NCBI GenBank assembly: GCA_963772725.1
Contig: CAVYYI010000003.1
Coordinates: 608,001-672,000, forward strand
DNA from: an uncultured Phycisphaerales bacterium
Lineage (GTDB): Bacteria > Planctomycetota > Phycisphaerae > Sedimentisphaerales > Anaerobacaceae
DNA: 64,000 nucleotides
Reading direction: 5' to 3'
Shown here: positions 32,101 to 42,153 of the stretch, piece after piece
How the letters are laid out: each line of letters starts with the position of its first letter
How positions within the stretch are numbered: the stretch's first letter is position 1
The notes under the pieces: generated by a model
The model's database searches: none
Seen by the model: only the letters and a program-made list of their open reading frames with translations
Told to the model about the DNA's origin: nothing
Program-made: the position numbers and the translations under genes

Positions 32101-34266
32101 CGGGTTTGCCAAATGCAAGAATATTCTCTGTTCTGTCAACAAATGAACCTTCCAAAAGAATTTTGACCTGCTGACGTATCTTCAACGGCATACGTTTAAA
32201 ATCAAAGTTTGCCATGGTCTTTTCCATAGGAAGCTTTGAGGCTTTTACCAGCCTTGCGATTTTATTGGCTCTGCGAACATCACACTCACGCTGAGCCAAT
32301 TCCAATAGATATTGTGAATAACCCATATCTTCGGCGATAGCCTTCTGAGCGAACTCGGCGTAATATTCACGGAACATCGGCAGGTGAAGTTCTTTGAGAA
32401 GGTTTACAAGCTGATTATCCAGATCATTTTTACTCATACCAGTAGTGCCTCCGCCGATTCAAGTAGACAGTCATAACTGTTCAGATCAATATCGCCAACA
32501 CAAACGTCAGTGACATCCGGCGGCTGTTGTTCGGATTTGACTATTTGTTCTACCATATCAAAATCAATCGCATCTGCATGGTTGATCAGGAACCGCAAAG
32601 CTTCATTGACAGATGTCTGGCTTTCGTTGGCAGCTAATTCAAGAATTTTCAGATACTGCTTATTACCCTGCTTCATCCCATGTTGATCACGCAGGAGATC
32701 ATATGCGATCCTGAACTGACTTGTGGGAAACATATCATCTTTATAGCAATAGTTCTCAAACGCCCCGGGTTTGCGAACAAGGGTATCTATAACGTGGCGG
32801 TAATTGATGTAATGACCGTTTTCACCGTGTAATCTGGGCAATACTTCAATTCTTCTTTGAGCATACCAGACTTCGATATGTTCGGCATATATTCGAACGT
32901 CAACATTTTCTCCCCTAAGCCTGCTGTGAACAGAATAGCTGTTCTTAAGAACTCGGACCGTGCAGCCACGACTTACCCTGCATTTATCCCTGGTGAAATC
33001 TTCATGCCTGCGGGTTGGCAATTGCCGCAGAACCTTTAACTCTTCGGCCAAGAGTTTTGTGCGGCCGGTATTGAGTTGGTCGAGCAGCTTTTCAAGAAAC
33101 ATTTCATAATCTTTCCTGCTGTTAAAATCTCTGCTTCCTCTAAGGATTAACGCCTGTTCAACAGCTCTCTTTAACCTGTGATGACGCTGCTCTATATCGC
33201 CGTTTTCATTCGGACAGTGAGGCTGGATTTTACAGCTTTGGAAACCATAATGATTCGCAAGACCCTGATAGTTAGCCGTGAATTCCTCAGGATTGCCTAC
33301 CTTGTTAACCGCACAGGTTAAATTATCAGTCCTATGATAGCGTGGTATGCCGCCTAACTTCCAGAGGGCATTTTGAATACCGGCACTTAAACTTTCATAG
33401 CTTTCTGAAAAACATACCGTGACGGTTTCCCAGTTCGACAAACACAATACAAAATGGTACAGCATGTGAATAAAAGGTATGCCGCAAATGGTGATACCCA
33501 GCTTATTCATCCTGGTAAAGTCTGATTCGCACCATTGGCCGGGTTTATAGATTTGTGGAAAAAACACTTCCTGAGCCGGACCGGACAAGGCTTTCCATTG
33601 TTTTACTCGTCTCTGGAAGGTTCTTAATTCGCTGTCCTGGTATTTACCGGGATATTCACGCTGCAGAGCCTCAAAAAGCGATTTAGATTCAAGACCGGAG
33701 TTGTTTTTGAGGAATTCTTCAACCCATGGCCAATCCCCTGCAAAGGCATCCGGATGGGTGGGCCAGTCGTGGATAGCTTGGCATTGGCTGGGCAGCACGC
33801 CCGTTTTTAAATACTTGCGGGCGGTTTTAGTGCTTATACCAGCCTTGTCTGCAAGCTGATATAAGGTCTTGCATTTGTTTTTCATAGCGAACAATCTCCT
33901 TACCTGTTTGTCTTTAACCATCTGAAATCTCCTGACTTAATGAGTTTCAGATAGCATATTCCAACTTTAATTCATCCGGAACTTTTAACTGTCGCCGGAA
34001 GGTAAGAATAATTGTCGCTGATCACATGTCGTAAATACTATGAAAACGTGTTAATGAAACGTGGTCTTATTGACCTTGATGAAATGAACAACTGGCCCAA
34101 ATATTTGCAGGACTTTGCCATTTCCATCCCGGATAACTGTTCAGCTCGCTTAAATGTGCCTCAGAACACCTTTGAGCTGGAGGCAACACTTGACACCCTT
34201 AAGAAAGAATCCAGGGGTTATCGGTTCTGGCATGAAGTGCGGGTAGTCAGGCTGGTATCTGAGTAA
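29183..34266 (+). pseudogene. Probable ~870-aa fusion of a Lon/S16-like protease domain, a helical region and a class I SAM methyltransferase; two frameshifts and an IS21 insertion
   Basis: YEGTSFG...ITGIGAKL; LLDVGCGSG...CAPPY. Removing IS21 copy 4 and one CATGTC restores DFMAC-RKYYEN in frame. Confidence 0.6.
31554..34024 (-). mobile_element. IS21-family element, copy 4 (istA 32434-33921, istB 31673-32437)
   Basis: 6-bp target duplication CATGTC at 31548-31553 and 34025-34030. Confidence 0.98.
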
Positions 34267-34273
34267 TTTAACT

Positions 34274-35112
34274 AGAAGTCATCCCAAAACCCTCCGGAGT
34301 AGGATGACGATACAACCGAGTTGAACCATAGCGAGAAAATTTTCAAGATGATATTCATAACGAACAACAAGACGACGAAAGTTTTGAAGCCATGCGAACA
34401 GTCGTTCAACCTTCCAGCGTTTCTTGTATCGCCGCAATACCCGGCCATCCTGCGTCGTCGATTTTACTCGGTTAGTTTTATGCGGGGCAATCAGTTCAAC
34501 GCCTCGCTCCTCGGCCAACCGTTTATCCAGCGGATCGCTGTCATACGCCATATCGCCGATTATCTTTTCCGGCACGTTTTCCAAAAAACAGGCATCAAGG
34601 GTATCTTCAACAAGCGTTACTTCATGCGGGCTAGCACTGGTTGCGTCAATGGCGATAGGAAGACCGAAAGCGTCTGTGAGGCCCATAATTTTGGTTCCTT
34701 TGCCCTTTTTGGTTTTACCCACACCATCGCCCCTTTTTTGGCAGGAGCAAACGTTCCATCGATAAAACCTTCGCTGATGTCTATGCCGCCACGCTCTTTC
34801 AAGTCCATGCGCCAATTCCGTAAGTATCTTGGCAAAGACTCCCGATTTGTTCCACTGCTGGAAATATCGATGGCAGGTGCTTTTCGGCGGATACCGATCT
34901 GGCAAATCTGCCCATTGGGCACCGGTTCGCAGAATCCAAAGAATGCCATTGAGAACATCTCGTGGATCTTGCGGCGGTCTGCCTGATTTTCCAGGCTGTG
35001 CTTTTGGCTTCGGAATGAACTTTGCAATCCGTTGCCATTGTTCGTTTGTTATGTCCATGAAACATATATCGGCTCACATTAACCCAAAAATCGAGGTTTT
35101 GGGATAGGTTCT
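34274..35112 (-). mobile_element. IS5-family (IS427-like) element
   Basis: IRs AGAACCTATCCCAAAAACC / AGAAGTCATCCCAAAACCC; motifs [38 protein letters not shown]7G slippery site near 34733-34740. Confidence 0.92.
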
Positions 35113-35327
35113 TCACACTTCTAACTGTATATCAGTTTATTTGCTAAGAGTTACTTCATTGATCGAAGGGCAACATTTCTTTTATCAGAGAGGGTTTCAC
35201 CCAAAATTTTTAAAAAATTTTCTGAATTATCCTGCGCGCGCTACTCGCTGAGGCAGTAAAGGGTATAAGGTAAATAAAAAATGTGTAAGTACGCTCTTTG
35301 GAGCAAATTATAACAGAGGTCAAGAAT

Positions 35328-36353
35328 ATGTCAGCAAATTTAAGCCAATTTATTCAGCAAGTAAGGCAAGAATATGGAAATCAGTTCAGTATTGTCGTAC
35401 CTACTGAGCAGATAAGGTTGAGAGAAAATGGCAAACTTTTTACCGGCAAGAATGAGTTTCCTCTGACCCGAGAGGCTTCTTCACAGTTTGCCAGATTACT
35501 AAAAGTCCCAGAGGATTTCTACCATACTTTGGAGTTTGATTTGCGGTCTCTGTTTTTTAATCGTCGATTTCCGATTAGGTCTGTGGCAAGTATGATAGGC
35601 CGGGAGCTTCGCCTCACCCTAGATAGCGAAAAACAAATTATTGGCTACGACGACCCGAGGTTACTACGGATTAATCCGATTAGATTAATGGAAATCGTCA
35701 ACATCTCCCTACCCAATGGGCTATCAGCTGAGCAAATAGCTGTTTCGCGTGTTCGTATAGAGAACAGCTTGGTTAGTTTCAGCTGCTACGCCCCACAAAT
35801 ACAAGAAGAGCCTCGTGTCGGCGATATTGTTAACGGCGGTATTGACATTCATCACAGCGTTTCCGGTGAGTTTGGCACGCAGATCTGCGTATATCTCAGG
35901 AGGAAAATCTGTAGCAACGGTGCCTGTATCCATATCTGCGAAGACGAGAAACAAATCCATGCTAGGCGCCTTGGTAATGGCGAGTTTGATGAGCAGGATA
36001 TGGCTCAACAACAACAGCGGCTTCTGGAGCGAACATGGAGACAGATTGACTCAAAACTACGAGCCATTAGTAACCTGCTTAAGAAGGAGCGAGTTTCTGG
36101 AGGCTTTCTCAGACAGCAGCGAACGAGGTTTTCGCTGAGTAATCGTGTTTTGACATCGATAGAGAAAGCGGTTGATCAGGACGAGATGGAGTCAACGGGC
36201 ACACAGTATGACCTTTTCAATGCAATAAGTAGAGTTGCTACGCATGACGATTCGTTTTCACTTAGACAGCAAAGAAGATTAATGTTCATGGCTGGAGAAT
36301 TCAGCCAGCAAGATGTCCATAAATGTCCGCAATGTGGCAGTTGGCTTTTTTAG
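35328..36353 (+). CDS. DUF932-like phage/plasmid protein with C-terminal CxxC
   Basis: LRRKICSNG and TQYDLFNAISRVATH motifs. Confidence 0.7.
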   Translation: MSANLSQFIQQVRQEYGNQFSIVVPTEQIRLRENGKLFTGKNEFPLTREASSQFARLLKVPEDFYHTLEFDLRSLFFNRRFPIRSVASMIGRELRLTLDSEKQIIGYDDPRLLRINPIRLMEIVNISLPNGLSAEQIAVSRVRIENSLVSFSCYAPQIQEEPRVGDIVNGGIDIHHSVSGEFGTQICVYLRRKICSNGACIHICEDEKQIHARRLGNGEFDEQDMAQQQQRLLERTWRQIDSKLRAISNLLKKERVSGGFLRQQRTRFSLSNRVLTSIEKAVDQDEMESTGTQYDLFNAISRVATHDDSFSLRQQRRLMFMAGEFSQQDVHKCPQCGSWLF

Positions 36354-36390
36354 CAGAATTAAACACTGAATAAATAAGGAAAATGACACT

Positions 36391-36624
36391 ATGAACGATG
36401 CAGAAAAACAAAATTCTGAGGAGAAACTTAAATGCTTGACAACGAAACTTGAGCGTTTTTTGTCCAGAGCGTGCGAGGCAGAGGATAAACGGGATTATTT
36501 AAGATCTGGCCGCTATTTTGTGCTGGCGCTGTATTGTGAAGCTAAACTGCAAGCTGATCAGGCAAACATTTACGAATACGTCCGCTCCGCTATGCCGGTT
36601 TATTCGACGTTCAAGAGTTGCTAA
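36391..36624 (+). CDS. Hypothetical protein
   Basis: 77 aa with an AAGGA RBS. Confidence 0.55.
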   Translation: MNDAEKQNSEEKLKCLTTKLERFLSRACEAEDKRDYLRSGRYFVLALYCEAKLQADQANIYEYVRSAMPVYSTFKSC

Positions 36625-36679
36625 TTATGCAGGGGAAGATACTGACCCGGCTCTAAGTTCGAATTGAAAGCGGAAAATA

Positions 36680-36982
36680 ATGTTAATACGTTACATAAGA
36701 AATTTATTAAAAACAGCGGTCAATAGATTGGATAAAAACGCCGCCCAAGTTGCATTAAAAGTACTTACGGGAAAAAATGGAGATAAAGATAATCCTGTTT
36801 TTGCGATACATACCGAAACCGAACCTACAGAAACCGTTTTATATAACAAGCCGGTGGTCAGCATTAAGCAAAGCCCAACGCCTGCAATACTAAAGTCGGT
36901 TATCAACGGCCTTAATAATTGTATAAGTCGGGTGCGATTTTTTATTAAGCCGAAAAGATTCATTGTAAGCGCCCAAAGATAG
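36680..36982 (+). CDS. Hypothetical basic protein
   Basis: 100 aa, in a co-oriented gene run. Confidence 0.45.
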   Translation: MLIRYIRNLLKTAVNRLDKNAAQVALKVLTGKNGDKDNPVFAIHTETEPTETVLYNKPVVSIKQSPTPAILKSVINGLNNCISRVRFFIKPKRFIVSAQR

Positions 36983-37008
36983 TTTGGGATTTTGAAAGGA
37001 ACATACGA

Positions 37009-37185
37009 ATGAGTTGGCAAAAGAGCTTCATTGGTCATATCGGAGATATCCTGCGTTTCCTTGGATACGCCTTTTTGACATTCGATCTGATTTTACTGTC
37101 AGTATTCAGCCTGTGGTTTATCAGTAAATTTATTTATTTTCTGTCCGGCTGGTTAAATAGGATTATGTTTAATTCGCCGTGGTAG
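37009..37185 (+). CDS. 58-aa membrane peptide
   Basis: MSWQKSFIGHIGDILRFLGYAFLTFDLILLSVFSLWFISKFIYFLSGWLNRIMFNSPW with a GAAAGGA RBS; not in the ORF track. Confidence 0.65.
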   Translation: MSWQKSFIGHIGDILRFLGYAFLTFDLILLSVFSLWFISKFIYFLSGWLNRIMFNSPW

Positions 37186-37201
37186 GAGTTGGAGTTTTGA
37201 A

Positions 37202-37645
37202 ATGAGTTTTATACGAAAGATTTTCCGCCGAAGTTTCAGTAGAGACCCTCTGACTAACAAGGTGGATATATTAGGAGTTGACGATGAGTATCATAAATTA
37301 TCTAAACAGGATGGTTCCCCTGAAACCTACGAATTCAAAGGAGTTCCAAGTCAGCATTGCGGTTGTCTTGCACCTGCTGCTGGTAGGTGTCGTGAATGCG
37401 GAGCTCTCAGTTGTGCCCGTTGTCACAAGCATTGCGGAGGCACAGACAATCCCCATCCATCAGGTTGCGGGGTTCCCTTATGTAGGCAGCATGCCCACTA
37501 CCTGCAAATGGCAGACGGACAGACCGCAATTCCATTTTGCAGAGACTGCTATGGCAAACTCGTCCGACAGTCCCGATGGATTACGGCTGGGAAAATATTA
37601 TTGCTTCCATTTATTAAGGACGATGGAGATAAAAATGCACGATGA
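37202..37645 (+). CDS. Cys-rich zinc-finger protein
   Basis: CGC, CRECG, CARC, CGVPLCRQH, CRDC; hydrophobic patch near the C-terminus. Confidence 0.7.
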   Translation: MSFIRKIFRRSFSRDPLTNKVDILGVDDEYHKLSKQDGSPETYEFKGVPSQHCGCLAPAAGRCRECGALSCARCHKHCGGTDNPHPSGCGVPLCRQHAHYLQMADGQTAIPFCRDCYGKLVRQSRWITAGKILLLPFIKDDGDKNAR

Positions 37646-39026
37646 AATCTTAACCTCCTTGGAAAAAGATATTTTGATAGGCAAAAAACTCGGTGTATTC
37701 GATGATTTTGTGGGCCAACAGCTTCTTAAATGCTTTAGTTACGGTATCCAGGATAAATTTATTGTCAGTGAAATCGAGAACCGAGTCAGAAATGCCCAAA
37801 GAAGGATTGCCATAAGCGGCTGTCCTTTCCTGCCGGCAAAACTCCATTGCGGCAACTTTATCATTGGTTACGATATGTGGAACAATAAACTTCTGACTGA
37901 TGTTCAGTACTGTAATGCTCATACCCTTATCGTGGCCGGCACCGGTGCCGGTAAGACCAACCTTTCCAAATGCCGTGTGATTCAGATAGCCCCTTTAGTT
38001 CGCGGTATGTGGCTTATCGATATTCGGAAAAAAGAATATCGTTTTCTACGTCCGATTTTTGCCAGAATGGGTTTTGACCTGAAGATTGTCCGCGGGCATA
38101 ACTTTTGCCTAAATCCGTTGGAAGTCCCGTACGGTGTTAAGCCAATAGAATACGCCGCTATTATATCGGATTTACTGGTCAAGGTTTTAAACCTACCACC
38201 CAGGGCGTCGACTTTATTAAAAAGCACCATAATCAAGCTTTATCAGCTATCCGGTATCCTGGATGGCGACGATAAATTCCCGACTTTATTTCATCTGTAT
38301 AAAGCGATTCGCGAGGACAGAAACGCCAACCCACAGGCCCGTCAGGCCACCCTTGATAACCTTGAGGCGATTTTATTAGAGTTGGGTCCTGAAATGCTCG
38401 CCTACCATCGTGGCTGGTCAGTTAACGAATTGGCCAGACAGCATCTGGTTATGGAGATGGCCGGACTATCGGAGCAAGGCAAGGATTTAGTAATCTCAAC
38501 GCTCTTAACACAGGAATTTATTTCAAGAATTGAGAGGGGGATCTCGAATCCATATATGGATCTTTACATAGCCGTGGATGAGGCACAAAAACTGTTTTGC
38601 CAGCACCGGGACAGTTCCAGCTATGGTGGCAATGCATTGACCGATCTTGTTGGCCTGGTTCGAGGAACCGGAATCGGTCTGGAAATATCGGTTTTAACAA
38701 CGCATAATTTATCTGTTGGCATTCCAAATCTCACGGCCACTAAAATCATCGGCAGATGCGGCTCGGAGGCTGAATATACCACTGCTGGGCATTTTGCCGC
38801 TCTGAATAATGAACAAATCGAATGGTTTGCACACCACAGTGTGCCTGGACTTTTCGCCGCTCAACTTGGCGAAGGAAATCACCGTTATCCGTTTTTGTTC
38901 CGAATTCCCTTGCTCAATGAATTCCTTGATAACGATGACTTTAACCGGGCAAAATGCGTTTCCAATGATTATGCCGACGAAACTATTAAAAATATGCCGA
39001 GGGTCGTAAAAGCGTTACCAGCATAA
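37635..39026 (+). CDS. HerA/VirB4-like P-loop ATPase
   Basis: HTLIVAGTGAGKT, LNPL, FPTL, AVDEAQ, VRGTG. Likely start ATG 37635 after GGAG. Confidence 0.85.
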   Translation: MHDEILTSLEKDILIGKKLGVFDDFVGQQLLKCFSYGIQDKFIVSEIENRVRNAQRRIAISGCPFLPAKLHCGNFIIGYDMWNNKLLTDVQYCNAHTLIVAGTGAGKTNLSKCRVIQIAPLVRGMWLIDIRKKEYRFLRPIFARMGFDLKIVRGHNFCLNPLEVPYGVKPIEYAAIISDLLVKVLNLPPRASTLLKSTIIKLYQLSGILDGDDKFPTLFHLYKAIREDRNANPQARQATLDNLEAILLELGPEMLAYHRGWSVNELARQHLVMEMAGLSEQGKDLVISTLLTQEFISRIERGISNPYMDLYIAVDEAQKLFCQHRDSSSYGGNALTDLVGLVRGTGIGLEISVLTTHNLSVGIPNLTATKIIGRCGSEAEYTTAGHFAALNNEQIEWFAHHSVPGLFAAQLGEGNHRYPFLFRIPLLNEFLDNDDFNRAKCVSNDYADETIKNMPRVVKALPA

Positions 39027-39047
39027 CAAAAAAATGGAGATAGTATT

Positions 39048-39461
39048 ATGGTAGAAGAGAAAATAATAGTTACGGACTGCGAAGCAGACGAAAGTCTGAA
39101 ATCACTTGCTAAGGGCGAGTTAGTTAAGGCTGTTGAGTTCAGCCAATCTTGTAGGGGCAGTCTAACCGGAAGCGATATCGTATTCTGCGACAGAACCTCC
39201 AAGACTGCTGACGATGTTGAAATCAGGCTGCTGAGGACGATTATTGAACATCCGATGCAGCCATCCAGCCAATATTCAAAGCTTGCCGGTATCAGTCCAA
39301 ACACATTTAACAATATCCGGCCAATCCTAAAAGATAAGGAATTGATAAGCGAGCATAAGCTGCAGGCAAATACTCGAGGCCGCAGTACGATTTTGTTAGG
39401 ACCAACTGAGCAAGGTAAAAAATATCTGAGTGATTATGACAATAACAAAAAGGGCTGTTAA
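39048..39461 (+). CDS. Winged-helix DNA-binding protein
   Basis: LLRTIIEHP..YSKLAGIS..LKDKELI..RGR..PTEQG; same pattern as the C-terminus of the 22956 ATPase. Confidence 0.7.
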   Translation: MVEEKIIVTDCEADESLKSLAKGELVKAVEFSQSCRGSLTGSDIVFCDRTSKTADDVEIRLLRTIIEHPMQPSSQYSKLAGISPNTFNNIRPILKDKELISEHKLQANTRGRSTILLGPTEQGKKYLSDYDNNKKGC

Positions 39462-39899
39462 ATGCGTGGTGATCCTTTACACAATATGATGGCACATGGA
39501 ACCGGAATAACTTTAGGTTATTTTTTTACTGAAGTTAGCTCTGAACACAAATATGGCAAAAATGGCGTAGTGACATATCTGGACCTATTCGCCAGACAAA
39601 ACGGGTTTGTTCTTGCCTGTGAGATTGAGACCACCGCTCGCCATGCCGTTGATAACGCTATAAAAGCTGCGGTAGTTGATATCCCATTATGGATAATAGT
39701 CCCAACCAACAATGTGAAGATGAAACTATTGCGTAAACTAAAATCGCTACAATTAAGACCAGGCGGTGAACCAATAAAAATACTGCTTCTGGGACAACTT
39801 CAGGGAGAGCTTGAAGAATATCTCTCGTTAAAGCCTATGTCGAATTTGCAAACAGACCTTTCAGTTCTGAGCAATTCAAAAGGAGGGAATTTGTTATGA
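39462..39899 (+). CDS. PD-(D/E)xK-fold putative nuclease
   Basis: H..M, SEH, YLDLFA..LACEIET. Confidence 0.6.
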   Translation: MRGDPLHNMMAHGTGITLGYFFTEVSSEHKYGKNGVVTYLDLFARQNGFVLACEIETTARHAVDNAIKAAVVDIPLWIIVPTNNVKMKLLRKLKSLQLRPGGEPIKILLLGQLQGELEEYLSLKPMSNLQTDLSVLSNSKGGNLL

Positions 39900-40108
39900 G
39901 GATAATATGGGGAAATATTATTGTGCTGTTTCTTTTGATTCTGGTAATCGTGCTGATAGTCAAATCGCATTTGGTTGAGTTCTTTTCCCAAACTATTGAA
40001 ACCCTTAGGTATCACCAGGATAACCCAGTATATGGCTTAGCCTGCCTTGGATTCATATGCATAACAATTGTGGGAATTTTTGCAATAATCTCGAGTAGAA
40101 AACATTAA
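39896..40108 (+). CDS. Two-TM small membrane protein
   Basis: Two hydrophobic helices; ATGA overlap. Confidence 0.7.
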   Translation: MRIIWGNIIVLFLLILVIVLIVKSHLVEFFSQTIETLRYHQDNPVYGLACLGFICITIVGIFAIISSRKH

Positions 40109-40143
40109 ATAATTTATCGCCCATATGGGCAAAAGGAGGTTTT

Positions 40144-40956
40144 ATGCCTTACGACAAGAAAATAAGTAGATCAGATCCAGGTTTTATAGTGTTGGTTTTT
40201 GATGACAGTAAGAGTGAGGCCGACAATCTACCTGGCACATCGGACCCAAAGTACAAGTGGGTTGAACGTTATGGCGGTATTATCTTAAAAGAATGCCTTG
40301 TCAGAAGCACTGAGCTTAAAAATGATAGAGCAGAGATAAAGCCGCGGTATTTTTTTTCTATTATCCGTTACGGTAGTCAGCCTCAAATATGGGGCAGCGG
40401 AGAAATGGACATTAAAGCCGTGGTAGAAAAGTACGCTAATGACGGCAACTCATTTGGGCTTGGCGGATACCTCCTTGGAACGGATGCTAAAGCTGCTTTC
40501 AAGAATGCCTATGAGTATCTTAGCCGGGCCTTGCTACAGGAACGCTTCAAACGCTCTTTTCCACCTATGGTTTTGCACCTTACTGACGGCGAAAGCCAGA
40601 CGGATGCCTCTTACGAGGCCGACCAAATTAAACAACTCTCGACCGAAGATGGCAATGTCCTGGTGGTAAACGCATATATAGGTACACAGACGAGCCTAAA
40701 CTACAAAGGTCCTGAGGATTTCCCCGGATATACAGATGTCTCAGAGGCAGGACCAAGCGAGGATAATGTAAGGCTCTTTAATATGAGCAGCGAAACACCT
40801 CAATGCATCCGCCAGAACCTGATTGATGATGGAATTTTTCCGAACTTGCGGGAAGGTTCACGCCTCTTTTTTGATGTTCGTACAAAAGAGATGCTTAAGC
40901 ATGTGATTCAGGTCGTTGGAAGTATAGGTTCGCGTGCCAACCAGACAGAAAGGTGA
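40144..40956 (+). CDS. vWA-domain protein (TerY-like)
   Basis: MIDAS DDSKS, GT, PPMVLHLTDGE. Confidence 0.85.
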   Translation: MPYDKKISRSDPGFIVLVFDDSKSEADNLPGTSDPKYKWVERYGGIILKECLVRSTELKNDRAEIKPRYFFSIIRYGSQPQIWGSGEMDIKAVVEKYANDGNSFGLGGYLLGTDAKAAFKNAYEYLSRALLQERFKRSFPPMVLHLTDGESQTDASYEADQIKQLSTEDGNVLVVNAYIGTQTSLNYKGPEDFPGYTDVSEAGPSEDNVRLFNMSSETPQCIRQNLIDDGIFPNLREGSRLFFDVRTKEMLKHVIQVVGSIGSRANQTER

Positions 40957-40963
40957 TTAAACC

Positions 40964-42151
40964 ATGGCTTCTGCCCAAAATAATTATTACAAAGCTATAA
41001 AAGTTGTCTCGCCTATGTATGATGGGCAAGACAAGAAGGATCAGGACAGGGCTGTATGGTTTCCTACAGCCCTGTCCGGTTGCATTTGCGATGGCGTCAC
41101 ATCGTCGCCATTCTCTGCCGACGCTGCTGAAATTGTAGCTCAGTTTAGTCCAGCCCTTTTTTTGGATAACAGCAATTATACATTAAAAATATTGTGCGAT
41201 CATTTAATGCTCCAGCGGGCAGAAAAGGTCAACTCGAAAATTGGTATATCATTATCAGGCCAGCCACAGCTACAAGAAATAATGCAAGAGGTTGCCTTAG
41301 AAAAGAACAAAAGCTGTTACCAGACAACTATCGTAGCTGTAAAATTTGTCCCTGATAGTAAAGCAATTACTGCCTCCGTTATAAGATGCGGTGATTCAGC
41401 CTTTTTTGCCTTCGCTTCTGACGGGGAACTTCTCACTACCTTGCCATCGGATAACGAAAAACACAAGCAAGAGGAAAAACAAGTTTGCCAAAATACGCAA
41501 TTAAGCCAACTTTCTGACGGTATGAGTCTTTTACCGGGTGATGAAATTTTAGCCAGAGTGGTTTGCTGCTGTTCCAGCTATCCTAGCATCGCAGAGAAAT
41601 TGGGCATAAAAAAAGCTCATATGAATAACTGGTTTGTGTGCTCGGTTGTAGACAAGTGTAGTACCAATAGCGTTAAAGGTAAGCTGGTCAACCAGCGCCT
41701 TAGACATGATGAGCTGTTACTGGTCCCCAAATATCTTGCTGGCACGGCAATGCGAGCTGGAGATAATATATACGTGCGTTTTCCATACTCCTGCCAGATA
41801 CGAAGGGTCAATTCTGTAAGTAATACTGTTGGCACTGTTGACTTTAAACGGCTTAGCTCAGCCACCGCCGTTTTGCCGGACCATTTTTATACGGGCGACT
41901 GGATATATTATCAGGATTTATTCCCCTTGGATGCTAATTTCGTACTGTCTTCGGACGGTTTTTACACCTGTTTTAAAGATTCTTCCTGTTTATGGACATG
42001 GTTAAATTCCAACAAGCAAGACCTGCAAGACCCTCAGAAACAGATTGCAGCAATGGATGAACTACACAGTCGGTTAAGTATCAGGTGTGGCGACGATGAT
42101 ATTTCCTTTCTATGGATTTATCCGGCAAAGCCTTTTTGTGAAGAGAAATAG
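40964..42151 (+). CDS. PP2C-family protein phosphatase
   Basis: DQDR, ICDGV, RCGDS, SSDG, DDIS. Confidence 0.85.
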   Translation: MASAQNNYYKAIKVVSPMYDGQDKKDQDRAVWFPTALSGCICDGVTSSPFSADAAEIVAQFSPALFLDNSNYTLKILCDHLMLQRAEKVNSKIGISLSGQPQLQEIMQEVALEKNKSCYQTTIVAVKFVPDSKAITASVIRCGDSAFFAFASDGELLTTLPSDNEKHKQEEKQVCQNTQLSQLSDGMSLLPGDEILARVVCCCSSYPSIAEKLGIKKAHMNNWFVCSVVDKCSTNSVKGKLVNQRLRHDELLLVPKYLAGTAMRAGDNIYVRFPYSCQIRRVNSVSNTVGTVDFKRLSSATAVLPDHFYTGDWIYYQDLFPLDANFVLSSDGFYTCFKDSSCLWTWLNSNKQDLQDPQKQIAAMDELHSRLSIRCGDDDISFLWIYPAKPFCEEK

Positions 42152-42153
42152 CA

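Noticed and set aside
34321..34986. 221-aa plus-strand ORF in IS5, and similar short ORFs inside IS21 and core genes
   Set aside because: Antisense or alternate-frame shadows with no motifs.
37278..37634. N-terminal 119 aa of the track ORF 37278-39026
   Set aside because: Overlaps the zinc-finger gene; an RBS supports ATG 37635.
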